Of a stretch of 62,761 nucleotides of DNA, positions 1 to 8,179 are shown one piece after another. The notes under the pieces were generated by a model, which was not told the DNA's origin, did not search any database, and worked only from the letters and a program-made list of their open reading frames with translations. The stretch is taken from the NCBI GenBank assembly GCA_050010815.1, contig JBEKKH010000001.1, positions 1-62,761 of the forward strand. Direction: 5' to 3'. Every line of letters begins with the position of its first letter. Position 1 is the stretch's first letter. Origin of the DNA: Streptosporangiaceae bacterium. GTDB lineage: Bacteria; Actinomycetota; Actinomycetes; Streptosporangiales; Streptosporangiaceae. The position numbers and the translations under genes are program-made.

Positions 1-64
1 GGTTCATACCGCGTTCGAGGCCGCGCCGGGCTTCCTCGTCAAACGCGATCATCTTGGCTGCCAT
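1..64 (-). CDS. groEL: Chaperonin GroEL, first 21 codons only (gene continues beyond the left edge)
   Basis: Reverse complement of 1-64 translates MAAKMIAFDEEARRGLERGMN, the conserved GroEL N-terminus. Two CIRCE operators lie 125-185 bp upstream. Confidence 0.85.
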   Translation of the reverse strand, partial: MAAKMIAFDEEARRGLERGMN

Positions 65-187
65 AGGCTCCAGTCCTCCGTGGCGTAACGCGCGGATCGA
101 GCCGACGCCCGCGACGGACGGTACCTCCCGCGGTCAGTCCTTTCCTGCCGCGAGGCAGGCACCTCATCGCCCGATCCCGCCATCATG

Positions 188-214
188 CTGGCACTCACAT
201 AAGGAGAGTGCCAG
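188..214. promoter_or_regulatory. CIRCE (HrcA operator), copy 1
   Basis: CTGGCACTC-N9-GAGTGCCAG is a perfect 9-bp inverted repeat with a 9-nt spacer. The consensus is TTAGCACTC-N9-GAGTGCTAA. Confidence 0.75.
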
Positions 215-222
215 CACCATGT

Positions 223-249
223 TTAGCACTCTCATAGGGAGAGTGCAAA
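223..249. promoter_or_regulatory. CIRCE (HrcA operator), copy 2
   Basis: TTAGCACTC-N9-GAGTGCAAA has one mismatch to the CIRCE consensus and lies upstream of groEL. Confidence 0.85.
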
Positions 250-394
250 CGCCGAGGGTAAAAAACCGGGAGACCGGGTCCGCCGCGGAGGACAGAAAGC
301 CGTCATCCAGGCAAGCTCGCGCCCACCAGGGGACTCGCGTTCAGCGTGCCCGGAACGCGAGTCCGGTGCGGCCGAACGCGGAGAAATCAGATTA

Positions 395-418
395 GCCCGG
401 CCCCGGATGGGGCCGGGC
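395..418 (-). terminator. GC-rich hairpin downstream of cspA
   Basis: GCCCGGCCCC-GGAT-GGGGCCGGGC is a perfect 10-bp stem, 55 bp past the cspA stop. The trailing U-tract on the minus strand is weak. Confidence 0.5.
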
Positions 419-472
419 CGATCCGCGGTCCGGCCCTCCACCCGGGGGCGCCGACCGGAACCGCCAGCGAAC

Positions 473-676
473 CTAAGAGACCACGTGAACCTTGTCGGCC
501 TGCGCGCCCCGATCGCTCTGCGTGATCTCGAACTCGACCCGTTGTCCCTCTTCCAAGGTGCGATACCCATCCGACTGGATCGCGGAGAAGTGGACGAACA
601 CGTCCTTGCCACCGTCGACGGCGATGAAGCCGTATCCCTTGTCCGGGTTAAACCACTTGACGGTGCCCTGAGCCAT
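473..676 (-). CDS. cspA: Cold-shock protein (CspA family)
   Basis: [18 protein letters not shown]...DVFVHFSAI carries the RNP1/RNP2 cold-shock motifs. The ATG at 676 has GGGAG 9 nt upstream. The ORF-track start at 685 is a TTG abutting that RBS. Confidence 0.95.
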   Translation of the reverse strand: MAQGTVKWFNPDKGYGFIAVDGGKDVFVHFSAIQSDGYRTLEEGQRVEFEITQSDRGAQADKVHVVS

Positions 677-857
677 GCCAAACAACTCCCTAACTGCCCT
701 CGAGCCCCGAGCCCCGCCCTTGTCACCGCGGAACCCGTCGATCCCACCAGGTGAGAACGGATACGTACGTTATTCGCACGAAACCCGCCCCCGTCCGACG
801 GCGACCGGAATTGACCTTACCTTGTACCGAGCGCGCCTGACGCCACTTACCCACCAA

Positions 858-1169
858 TCACGCCACCTGGTCCACGTTGGCCCCAGCCTCTGCCGCCCCG
901 CCGGCGACCGCGGGAATGACGGATACCCGCGTCCCGGCCGCAACGTGCGTGTCAAGTCCCTGCGCGAAACGGACGTCCTCGTCGCCCACGTACACGTTGA
1001 CGAACCGGCGCAGCTTGCCGCCGTCATCGATGATCCGGCCGCCCAGGCCGGGGTAGGCGGCGTCCAGGCCGGTGATGACGTCGCGGAGCGTGCCCTCGGC
1101 CGCCGTCACCTCCGACGCCCCGCCGGTATAGGAACGCAGGATGGTGGGGATGCGAACGTTGACGGTCAC
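858..1169 (-). CDS. MoaD/ThiS-family sulfur-carrier protein (103 aa) with a 12-residue extension after the GG motif
   Basis: This is the last 103 codons of ORF 858..2351 (VTVNVRIPTILRSYTGG...VSVIPAVAGG-AAEAGANVDQVA). The GTG at 1167-1169 overlaps the upstream stop as GTGA. The rest of the 497-aa ORF is an Arg/Ala-rich out-of-frame artefact. Confidence 0.8.
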   Translation of the reverse strand: MTVNVRIPTILRSYTGGASEVTAAEGTLRDVITGLDAAYPGLGGRIIDDGGKLRRFVNVYVGDEDVRFAQGLDTHVAAGTRVSVIPAVAGGAAEAGANVDQVA

Positions 1170-2425
1170 GGCACTGCCTCCTGGAACGCTTCGAGTGTGG
1201 GCTTGATCGGGGCGGGTAGCTGTATCGCCGAGGAGACCGCGTCGAGGGTTTTCAGCCCGTCGCCCGAGTTGATGATCACGGTCTCGGCCTCCGGGTCGAG
1301 CTGCCCGGCGGCGAGCAGCTTGCGCAGCACGCCCAGGGTAACGCCGACGGCGGTCTCGCCGAAGATGCCCTCGCACTCGGCCAGCAGCCGGATCGAGGAG
1401 ACGACCTCTTCGTCGCTGACGTCGGCGATCGTCCCGCCGGTGCGCCGGACCACATCGAGCACGTACGGCCCGTCGGCCGGGTTGCCGATGGCCAGCGACT
1501 TGGCGATGGTGTGCGGCCGGACCGGGCGCACCACGTCGTGCCCGGCGGCGAACGCCGCCGACACCGGCGCGCACCCGGTCGCCTGGGCCCCGAACACGCG
1601 CCACGGCGTCTGCGGCACCAGGCCGAGCGAGGTCAGCTCGGTGAAGCCCTTGTCCACCTTCACCAGCTGCGCGCCCGAGGCGATCGGCACTACCACCTGC
1701 TCGGGCAGCCGCCAGCCGAGCTGCTCGGCGATCTCGAAGCCGAGCGTCTTGGACCCCTCGGCGTAATAGGGCCGCACGTTCACGTTCACGAACGCCCAGT
1801 CCGGATATTCGCCGGCCAGCTCGGACGCCAGCCGGTTCACGTCGTCGTAGGTGCCGTCCACGGTAACGAACGTGCCGCCGTAGACCGCCGTGGTGATGAT
1901 CTTCGGCAGCTCCAGGTCGGCGGGCACGAGCACCACCGAGCGGATGCCGGCCCGCGCCGCGGCGGCGGCGACGGCGTTGGCCAGGTTCCCGGTCGACGGG
2001 CAGGCCAGCACCTTGAAGCCCATCTCGGTCGCGGCGGCCAGCGCCACCGCGACGACCCGGTCCTTGAACGAGTGCGTCGGGTTGCCCCGGTCGTCCTTGA
2101 TCCAGAGCTTGCGCATGCCCAGCGCGTGCGCCAGGTGGCCGGCCCGGATCAGCCGGGTGAAACCGGGCTCGGTCGTGGGCCGTTCGGCGATATCGGGCGG
2201 TACCGGCAGCAGCGGCGCGTACCGCCACATGTTGGGCGGACCGGCCTCGATGTCGGACCGGGTCAGGCGAGGGTAGTCGTAGCGGACCTCGAGCGGCCCG
2301 AAACAGTCCTCGCAGGCGTAGTGCGGCCCGAGCTCGTACACCCGGCCGCACTCACGGCAGGACAGTCCGGTGGCGTAGCCGAACCCGGAAGAAGCTGTGG
2401 ATGTTTGCGTCGTTGTGGTAGTCAC
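1166..2425 (-). CDS. Threonine-synthase-family PLP enzyme with an N-terminal Cys4 zinc ribbon (MetM-like candidate)
   Basis: Zinc ribbon CRECGRVYELGPHYACEDC, PLP-lysine motif HSFKDR, and fold-type II PLP pattern throughout. GTG start preceded by GGAAGGAAGG. Confidence 0.85.
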   Translation of the reverse strand: MTTTTTQTSTASSGFGYATGLSCRECGRVYELGPHYACEDCFGPLEVRYDYPRLTRSDIEAGPPNMWRYAPLLPVPPDIAERPTTEPGFTRLIRAGHLAHALGMRKLWIKDDRGNPTHSFKDRVVAVALAAATEMGFKVLACPSTGNLANAVAAAAARAGIRSVVLVPADLELPKIITTAVYGGTFVTVDGTYDDVNRLASELAGEYPDWAFVNVNVRPYYAEGSKTLGFEIAEQLGWRLPEQVVVPIASGAQLVKVDKGFTELTSLGLVPQTPWRVFGAQATGCAPVSAAFAAGHDVVRPVRPHTIAKSLAIGNPADGPYVLDVVRRTGGTIADVSDEEVVSSIRLLAECEGIFGETAVGVTLGVLRKLLAAGQLDPEAETVIINSGDGLKTLDAVSSAIQLPAPIKPTLEAFQEAVP

Positions 2426-2440
2426 CGGCGAGGCCTTCCT

Positions 2441-2582
2441 TCCCCATCTTTCCCGGCGGCCTGGTTGACCGCGGGGACGGATTTGGCACCAACTCGCGCG
2501 CCTCGCCGTTCACGACGGGAATTGCATGCGCGTTAGGTTGCCGGGGCTTCGCAGGGCCGATCCCTCCACCCCTCTGGATGAG
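2441..2582 (-). promoter_or_regulatory. SAM-I (S-box) riboswitch in the leader of the ThrC-like/MoaD-like operon
   Basis: The minus strand reads CUCAUCCAGAGGGGUGGAGGGAUCGGCCCUGCGAAGCCCCGGCAACC...GGUGCCAAAUCCGUCC...GGGAAAGAUGGGGA. This matches the S-box core (AUC-AGAG-GGC/UGGAGGGA-GGCCC-GAAG-CC-GGCAACC ... GGUGCCAAAUCC ... AGAU). The P1 3' strand abuts the RBS. Confidence 0.85.
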
Positions 2583-2722
2583 CGTTATTCAGTTGTGTCC
2601 CAAACGAAATTAATGGTACCAGCGCGGGAAGGTGCTGGCCCAGGGACAACAGCACCCCTGGCCCCGGAAGCCCCTGGGGCCTCTGAGACATCGTTGGCTC
2701 AGGGGCACTAGCCTGCCGGGGT

Positions 2723-4225
2723 ATGAGGCAACGGGTGCTGGTGGCGTCTAACCGCGGACCGATTTCTTACCAGTTCGCCGACGACGGCTCATTGACCGGC
2801 CAGCGCGGCGGCGGCGGCCTGATCGCCGGGGTGACGTCCGGGCTGGCCGCCGTCGCACCGCAGGCCGAGGTGATCTGGTTCTGCGCGGCGCTCAGCGACG
2901 CGGACCGCGCGGCCGCACGGGAGCAGCACACCGTGGCCCGCGATCACGGCAGCATACCGGTGCGGATGCTCGACATCCCGCCCGACACCTTCGACCGGGC
3001 TTACAACCACGTGGCCAACTCGACCCTGTGGTTCCTGCACCACCTGCTGTTCGACACCCCCAACGAGCCGGAGTTCGGCCTCAAGTTCGCCCGTGACTGG
3101 GAGTCTTACCTGGCCTACAACCAGGCATTCGCCGACGCGCTGGCCACGGAGGTCCGAACCGGCGCGGCCGGGCCCGGGCCAAGCCAGACCAGGGTCCTGA
3201 TCCAGGATTATCACCTGAGCCTGGCCCCCCGGCGGCTGCGGGAAAGACTCGGCGAGGCGGCCCGCGGCATCGGCATCGCGCACTTCTGGCACACGCCGTG
3301 GGCGCCGTCCGACTACTACCAGATGCTGCCCGCCGGCATCGGCCGCGCCCTGGTCGACGGCATTCTCGGGGCGGACCGGGCCGGCTTTCACGTCGGGCGG
3401 TGGGCCGACGCGTTCCTGGACTGCTGCGCCGCGGTGCCCGGCGCGGAGGTGGACCGCTGGCCGGGCGCCGACGCCGGCGCCACCGGGACCGTGGGCCGGG
3501 TCCGGTACCGCGGTCACGTCACCGACGTGGCCGTACAGCCGCTCGGGGTGGACGCCGACGCGCTGCGGGCCCGGGCCCAAGAGCAGGATGTGCGCGCTCA
3601 CGCCGGCTCGCTCAGGCGGGCCGCGGGCGACAGGAAGCTGATCGTCAGGGTGGACCGGACCGAGCTTTCCAAGAACATCGTGCGCGGCCTGGCCGCCTAC
3701 CGCGAGCTGCTGGCCACCCGGCCGCAGTGGCGGGGCCGGGTCACGCACCTGGCCTTCGCCTACCCGTCCCGGTCGGCCGTGCCCGGGTACGGCGTCTACA
3801 CGGAACGGGTCAGGCGGCTGGCCCACCAGATCACCGAGGAGTTCGGCACGGCGGACTGGAACCCGCTGATCCTGGAGGTCAAAGACGACTATCCCCGGTC
3901 GCTCGCGGCCTGCGCCCTGGCCGACGTGCTGGTGGTGAACCCGATCAGGGACGGCATGAACCTGGTCGCGCAGGAAGGCCCGATCCTGTCCGAACGCGGC
4001 TGCGCGCTGGTGCTCTCCCGGGAGGCCGGCGCCGCCGTCACGCTCGCCGCCGACGCGCTGCTCGTCAACCCCTACGACGTCACCGAGACCGCCGACGCCA
4101 TGCACACCGCGCTCGCCATGCCCGACGCCGAACGCTACCGCCGCGGCGCCGCCCTGGCCACCGCGGCCGCCGCGGCCCGGCCCGCGCTCTGGCTGGCCGA
4201 TCAGCTCGCCTGCCTGCGGACGTAG
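2723..4225 (+). CDS. otsA: Trehalose-6-phosphate synthase (GT20)
   Basis: N-terminus LVASNRGPISY, GGGLIAGV, and the later IQDYHL and VNPIRDGMNLVAQE motifs are typical of OtsA. Confidence 0.9.
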   Translation: MRQRVLVASNRGPISYQFADDGSLTGQRGGGGLIAGVTSGLAAVAPQAEVIWFCAALSDADRAAAREQHTVARDHGSIPVRMLDIPPDTFDRAYNHVANSTLWFLHHLLFDTPNEPEFGLKFARDWESYLAYNQAFADALATEVRTGAAGPGPSQTRVLIQDYHLSLAPRRLRERLGEAARGIGIAHFWHTPWAPSDYYQMLPAGIGRALVDGILGADRAGFHVGRWADAFLDCCAAVPGAEVDRWPGADAGATGTVGRVRYRGHVTDVAVQPLGVDADALRARAQEQDVRAHAGSLRRAAGDRKLIVRVDRTELSKNIVRGLAAYRELLATRPQWRGRVTHLAFAYPSRSAVPGYGVYTERVRRLAHQITEEFGTADWNPLILEVKDDYPRSLAACALADVLVVNPIRDGMNLVAQEGPILSERGCALVLSREAGAAVTLAADALLVNPYDVTETADAMHTALAMPDAERYRRGAALATAAAAARPALWLADQLACLRT

Positions 4226-4324
4226 CCGCCGCGCCGTTCGTCCTGCGCTGGCCTGGAACGTGACACCACGGTCCGTTCCGCTAAATTTACCGAACGGACA
4301 CCGGTGCGTGCCCGCAGCCCCGCC

Positions 4325-5146
4325 TCAGCCGCCCAGCCGGCGCGCGATCGCGGCGAGCAGCGCCACGACACCGCCCGGACCCTCCACCACCAGGTCGGCC
4401 GCGGCCGCCACCTGCGGCGACTCGGGGCTGGCGCTGGCCACCGCGCAGCCGCCGATGCCGTCCGCGCGCAGCGCCCGGACGGCGGCGAAGGCGGGCAGGT
4501 CACCGAGGTCGTCGCCGCAGAACAGGACCGAGGTGGCCGCGCGCTCGGCGACCAGGTGAGCCAGCGCGGTGCCCTTGTCCACGCCCGGCGGCCGCAGCTC
4601 GATGACGAACCGGCCCGGCTCCGCCGTCAGCCCCAGTCCGGCGGCCAGCTCACCGAGCGGACCGCGCAGGCCGCGCAGCGCGGCCTCCGGATCGGCCGTG
4701 CCGCGGGTGTGCACGGCCAGCGCGTGCGTCTTGTCCTCGATCGAGGTGCCCTCCGGGGCGCCCGCCGCACGCAGCAGGCCAGGCAGCGCGGCCCGCGCCG
4801 CCTCGACGGCCGGCCCGGGCTCAGCCGCGGTCAGCTGGCCGTCCTGCCAGCGCTGCTGGCCGTAATGACCGAGCACGATGAGACCGGGGACGGCCTCGAG
4901 CCCGCCCAGGCGGACCACGTCCGCTGGGGCCCGGCCGGTGATAACCGCCACCGTGCCGACGGCCTTGGCCAGGGCGATCAGGGCCGGCACGGCCCCGGGG
5001 TCGGCCCGGGCATCGGCCGGGCGCGCCACGATCGGCGCCAGCGTGCCGTCGAAGTCGGTGGCGATCAGCGCGTGCCCCGGGTCGGCGAGCAGCGCGTCGA
5101 GCCCGGCCCGGCCCTCGGCGCTGGCCGGCCGCGGCGCAGGCATCAC
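4325..5146 (-). CDS. otsB: Trehalose-6-phosphate phosphatase (HAD family)
   Basis: HAD motif I is FDGTLAPIV, followed by later GDDLGD. The gene is convergent with otsA. Confidence 0.85.
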   Translation of the reverse strand: MMPAPRPASAEGRAGLDALLADPGHALIATDFDGTLAPIVARPADARADPGAVPALIALAKAVGTVAVITGRAPADVVRLGGLEAVPGLIVLGHYGQQRWQDGQLTAAEPGPAVEAARAALPGLLRAAGAPEGTSIEDKTHALAVHTRGTADPEAALRGLRGPLGELAAGLGLTAEPGRFVIELRPPGVDKGTALAHLVAERAATSVLFCGDDLGDLPAFAAVRALRADGIGGCAVASASPESPQVAAAADLVVEGPGGVVALLAAIARRLGG

Positions 5147-5406
5147 CGGGGCTGTCCCTTACTGCCCTTCGGCCGGGGTGAGCGCATCCGCTGGCGGCGG
5201 GCCCGCTGGGCCCTCAGCCGCTTGACCAGCACCGGATCGAACGCGAGCGCTTCCGGCCGGTCGATCAGCTCGTTCAGCAGCTGGTAGTAGCGGGTGGCCG
5301 GGATGTCGAGGACCTCGGCGATGGCCTGCTCCTTCGCGCCGGGCGAGCGCCATCCGCGCCGCTCGAACGCCAGGATCCGCATGTCTGCCTCCGTCAACCC
5401 GGGCAT
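5143..5406 (-). CDS. DUF3263-like small protein
   Basis: LTEADMRILAFERRGWRSPGAKEQAI...TRYYQLLNELID matches this family. ATGA overlap with otsB. Confidence 0.7.
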   Translation of the reverse strand: MPGLTEADMRILAFERRGWRSPGAKEQAIAEVLDIPATRYYQLLNELIDRPEALAFDPVLVKRLRAQRARRQRMRSPRPKGSKGQPR

Positions 5407-5678
5407 AGGACCTCCTCCCGGCGCCTGCGACCGGCTAGTGCCGACCGTACCCGACCCGATCGTGGACAGCGCCGGGCTCAGCTGGCTCGCGGCGAACCGC
5501 GGGCCGGCGGCTCGGTCTGCCGCCGGCCGGCGCCCGGGTATCGATTACCGCCGTAGGGCAACTATTCCGCAATGACGCATTCCGCCCACGGTGGTCGCGT
5601 GGCACGATGGCATAGGCCAGATCGGACATCGCAGCCTGAGGTCAGCTCGGCCATCCTCGGAGGAGATTACTGACCAAA

Positions 5679-8138
5679 GTGTCACACCGATCGCTCCGCA
5701 GCCCTGTCGCCCCGCTCACCACAGGACTAGCTGCGGGTATTGCCGTTCTCGCCGTCGCCGGGGCCGTGCCCGCCTCGGCCGTGCCCGCCTCCGGCATCGG
5801 CTCGGCGACGACAGCCGCGCTCGCGAGCACGGCCAGCACTGCCAGCACCGTCCGCGCCCAGGAGTGGTGGCTGGCCGGGCTGAACGTGACCCAGGCGTGG
5901 CAGCTGACCCGGGGAGCCGGGGTCACCGTCGCGGTGCTTGGCACCGGGGTCGCCGCCAGCCACCCGGACCTGGCCGGGGACGTGGTCACCGGGCCCGACT
6001 ACAGCGACTCGGGCCGCACCCCCGGCGGCCCGTTCTGGGGCATCGACGGCACCCAGGTGGCGGCCATCATCGCCGGGCACGGGCACGGTCCCGGCCGCCA
6101 GTCCGGCATCGTCGGGGTCGCGCCCGCCGCAAAGATCCTGTCCATCCGGGTGGACCTGGAATTCAACGACCCGCTCAACGCGGACCAGGCGATCACCCGG
6201 CGGCTACCCGGGGCCATCGCCGCCGGCATCACGTACGCGGTCAACCACGGTGCTCGGGTCATTGACCTGCCGCTGGACCCGGGGACGTTCGGGCTGACCG
6301 GGCAGCCAGACCCGGCGGCGGCCGGCGGCAGCCCCGCCGAGCAGGCTGCGGTCTCCTACGCGCTGCGCAAGAGCGTCGTGCTGGTGGCGCCCGCGGGCGA
6401 CGACGGCGAAGGCCCCGGCCTGGTGAACCACCCGGCCGCCTACGCCGGGGTGATCGCGGTGGGCGCGGTCGACCGCAACGGGCGCCTCGCCCCGTTCAGC
6501 AGCAGGCGCTCCTACGTGGCGCTGACCGCCCCCGGGGTCAACCTGACGACCGCTTCCCCGCCCGCCGGTTACGCGACGGTCAGCAGCACCAGCGCCGCCA
6601 GCGGAATCGTGGCCGGCGTCGCCGCCCTCCTGCTGTCCAGGTTCCCGCAGCTGACCGCGGCCCAGGTCACCCAGGCGCTGACCAAGAGCACCGCCACCAC
6701 CGCCGTCACCGACGGCGCGGCCGGTCCAGGCACCGGCTACGGCACCCCGGACGCCGCACGGGCGATCACCCTCGCCGCCGACATCAGCACCGCCGCCAGG
6801 CCCACGGTTGCGCCGACGGTTTCGCCGACGCCCACGGCAACGCCCCGGCGGGCCGCCGCGATCCCCCGGCGGGCGAACGCCAGCGCCCTGGCCGGGTCGC
6901 TGGTCCGCGACATCGTGGCCGCCCTGGGCGTGCTCATCGTGCTGGTCGTGGTGCTGCTGCTGATCATGAGCTCGCGCCGCCGGCGCGTCCTCGCCGGGCG
7001 CGTCCCCCAGTCCGCCGGGAGCCCCGGCCCTTCCGGGCAGTCCCAGGGCCCCCGAGGGCAACACGGGCACCGCCGGCTCGACCAGGCCCCCCGAGCTGAC
7101 CGCGCCACTGGGCCGGACCGTGCCTCCCGAGGCGACCGTGCCACCGGGCCGGTTCAGGAAACCGCCCCGGGCATCCGGCCCCCGCTGGCCGGACCCGCAG
7201 CACCGGCCGGACCCGCAGCACCGGCCGGACCCGCAGCCGGCTGGCCTGCCCCGGGCGGCTGGCAAGGCGGCGGCGTGGGCGAGATCACCCATCCCCCGGC
7301 GGCGCCCGCCCGGCCGGCCATGGTCCCGGCACCCAGGACCACCCCGGCGCCCAGGACCACCCCGGCGGCCCGGAGCGGCACCGGCGCCGCGACGCCCGCC
7401 GGACCGCCCTGGGCCCCCGCGCCCGAACCCGAGCGCACGTTCGGCCTGCTCCCCGTCACGTCGGCCAACTCCGTCACGCCGGAGCCGGGCGGCGGCATCC
7501 GGGTCCCCAGGGACGTGCCGCCGCTGCCCACCACGATGACCGGCCCCTGGCCGGCTGCCTTCGATCCGACCGACCGGCCGGCCGCGCCCGGCTTTACCGC
7601 CCAGCCGCCCGTCTTCGACTTCACCGCGGTGCCGCCGGCCTCAGCACTTACCCCTCCGCCCCCAGCTTCCGCGCCGCCGGCCCCAGCTTCCCCGCCTCCG
7701 GCCTCAGCACTTACCCCTCCGGCCCCGGCTATGCCGAGGCCTTCCGCCGAGCCGGACACGTTCGAGCCGACCGTGATGCCGGACTTGGGGCCGCCCACGA
7801 TCCCGGGCTTCCCACGTCTGGACACGCGGCAGGACCCGGTGGATCGAGACGTCACGCGGCCGATACCGTCCGCCGCTCCGCCGTCCCAAACCAGCCTGGG
7901 TTTCGCTGCCGCCCCGGTGGCCGCGGTTTACCCGGCCCCGGACCTACCTGTCGATTACCGTGTGCCGGACGTGCCGCCCGGCGCCCCGGCGCCCGACGCC
8001 CCGGCGCCCGCTGGTCCCGGGGGCGCGACCGATTCCGGTTTCCTCTGGGACCTGGCGGCCACGGACGTTTTCCCGGTCACATCGCCCGTACCGCCGGAGG
8101 CACCAGACGACGACGCTCCCGGTGCCAGCGGGAGCTGA
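5679..8138 (+). CDS. Membrane-anchored subtilisin/mycosin-like S8 protein, probably catalytically inactive, with about 380 aa of proline-rich C-terminal tail
   Basis: Signal peptide (AAGIAVLAVAGAVPASA), S8-like core, a TM helix IVAALGVLIVLVVVLLLIM followed by SSRRRR, then a Pro/Ala-rich tail with tandem repeats. Confidence 0.8.
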   Translation: MSHRSLRSPVAPLTTGLAAGIAVLAVAGAVPASAVPASGIGSATTAALASTASTASTVRAQEWWLAGLNVTQAWQLTRGAGVTVAVLGTGVAASHPDLAGDVVTGPDYSDSGRTPGGPFWGIDGTQVAAIIAGHGHGPGRQSGIVGVAPAAKILSIRVDLEFNDPLNADQAITRRLPGAIAAGITYAVNHGARVIDLPLDPGTFGLTGQPDPAAAGGSPAEQAAVSYALRKSVVLVAPAGDDGEGPGLVNHPAAYAGVIAVGAVDRNGRLAPFSSRRSYVALTAPGVNLTTASPPAGYATVSSTSAASGIVAGVAALLLSRFPQLTAAQVTQALTKSTATTAVTDGAAGPGTGYGTPDAARAITLAADISTAARPTVAPTVSPTPTATPRRAAAIPRRANASALAGSLVRDIVAALGVLIVLVVVLLLIMSSRRRRVLAGRVPQSAGSPGPSGQSQGPRGQHGHRRLDQAPRADRATGPDRASRGDRATGPVQETAPGIRPPLAGPAAPAGPAAPAGPAAGWPAPGGWQGGGVGEITHPPAAPARPAMVPAPRTTPAPRTTPAARSGTGAATPAGPPWAPAPEPERTFGLLPVTSANSVTPEPGGGIRVPRDVPPLPTTMTGPWPAAFDPTDRPAAPGFTAQPPVFDFTAVPPASALTPPPPASAPPAPASPPPASALTPPAPAMPRPSAEPDTFEPTVMPDLGPPTIPGFPRLDTRQDPVDRDVTRPIPSAAPPSQTSLGFAAAPVAAVYPAPDLPVDYRVPDVPPGAPAPDAPAPAGPGGATDSGFLWDLAATDVFPVTSPVPPEAPDDDAPGASGS
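7200..7249 (+). repeat. 18-bp in-frame tandem repeat (2.8 copies) inside the S8 tail
   Basis: GGACCCGCAGCACCGGCC occurs twice plus a partial copy, encoding GPAAPA repeats. Confidence 0.9.
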
Positions 8139-8179
8139 CACCGGGAGCGTCGCATAGTGGGGCTCAGCCAGCGTGCGGC

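Noticed and set aside
858-2351. 497-aa minus-strand ORF overlapping the ThrC-like gene
   Set aside because: Only the last 103 codons (858..1169) look like a real protein (MoaD/ThiS). The rest is an Arg/Gly/Ala-rich alternative frame of the ThrC-like gene, typical of high-GC DNA.
2789-4105. 438-aa antisense ORF inside otsA, and the 321-aa ORF at 3298..4263
   Set aside because: They have low-complexity Arg/Gly/Pro composition, no motifs, and lie fully inside a well-supported gene.
6204-7855. Several long minus-strand ORFs (6204..7292, 6737..7144, 7154..7855) opposite the S8 gene
   Set aside because: These are GC-rich antisense frames of a repetitive Pro/Ala-coding region, with no independent signals.
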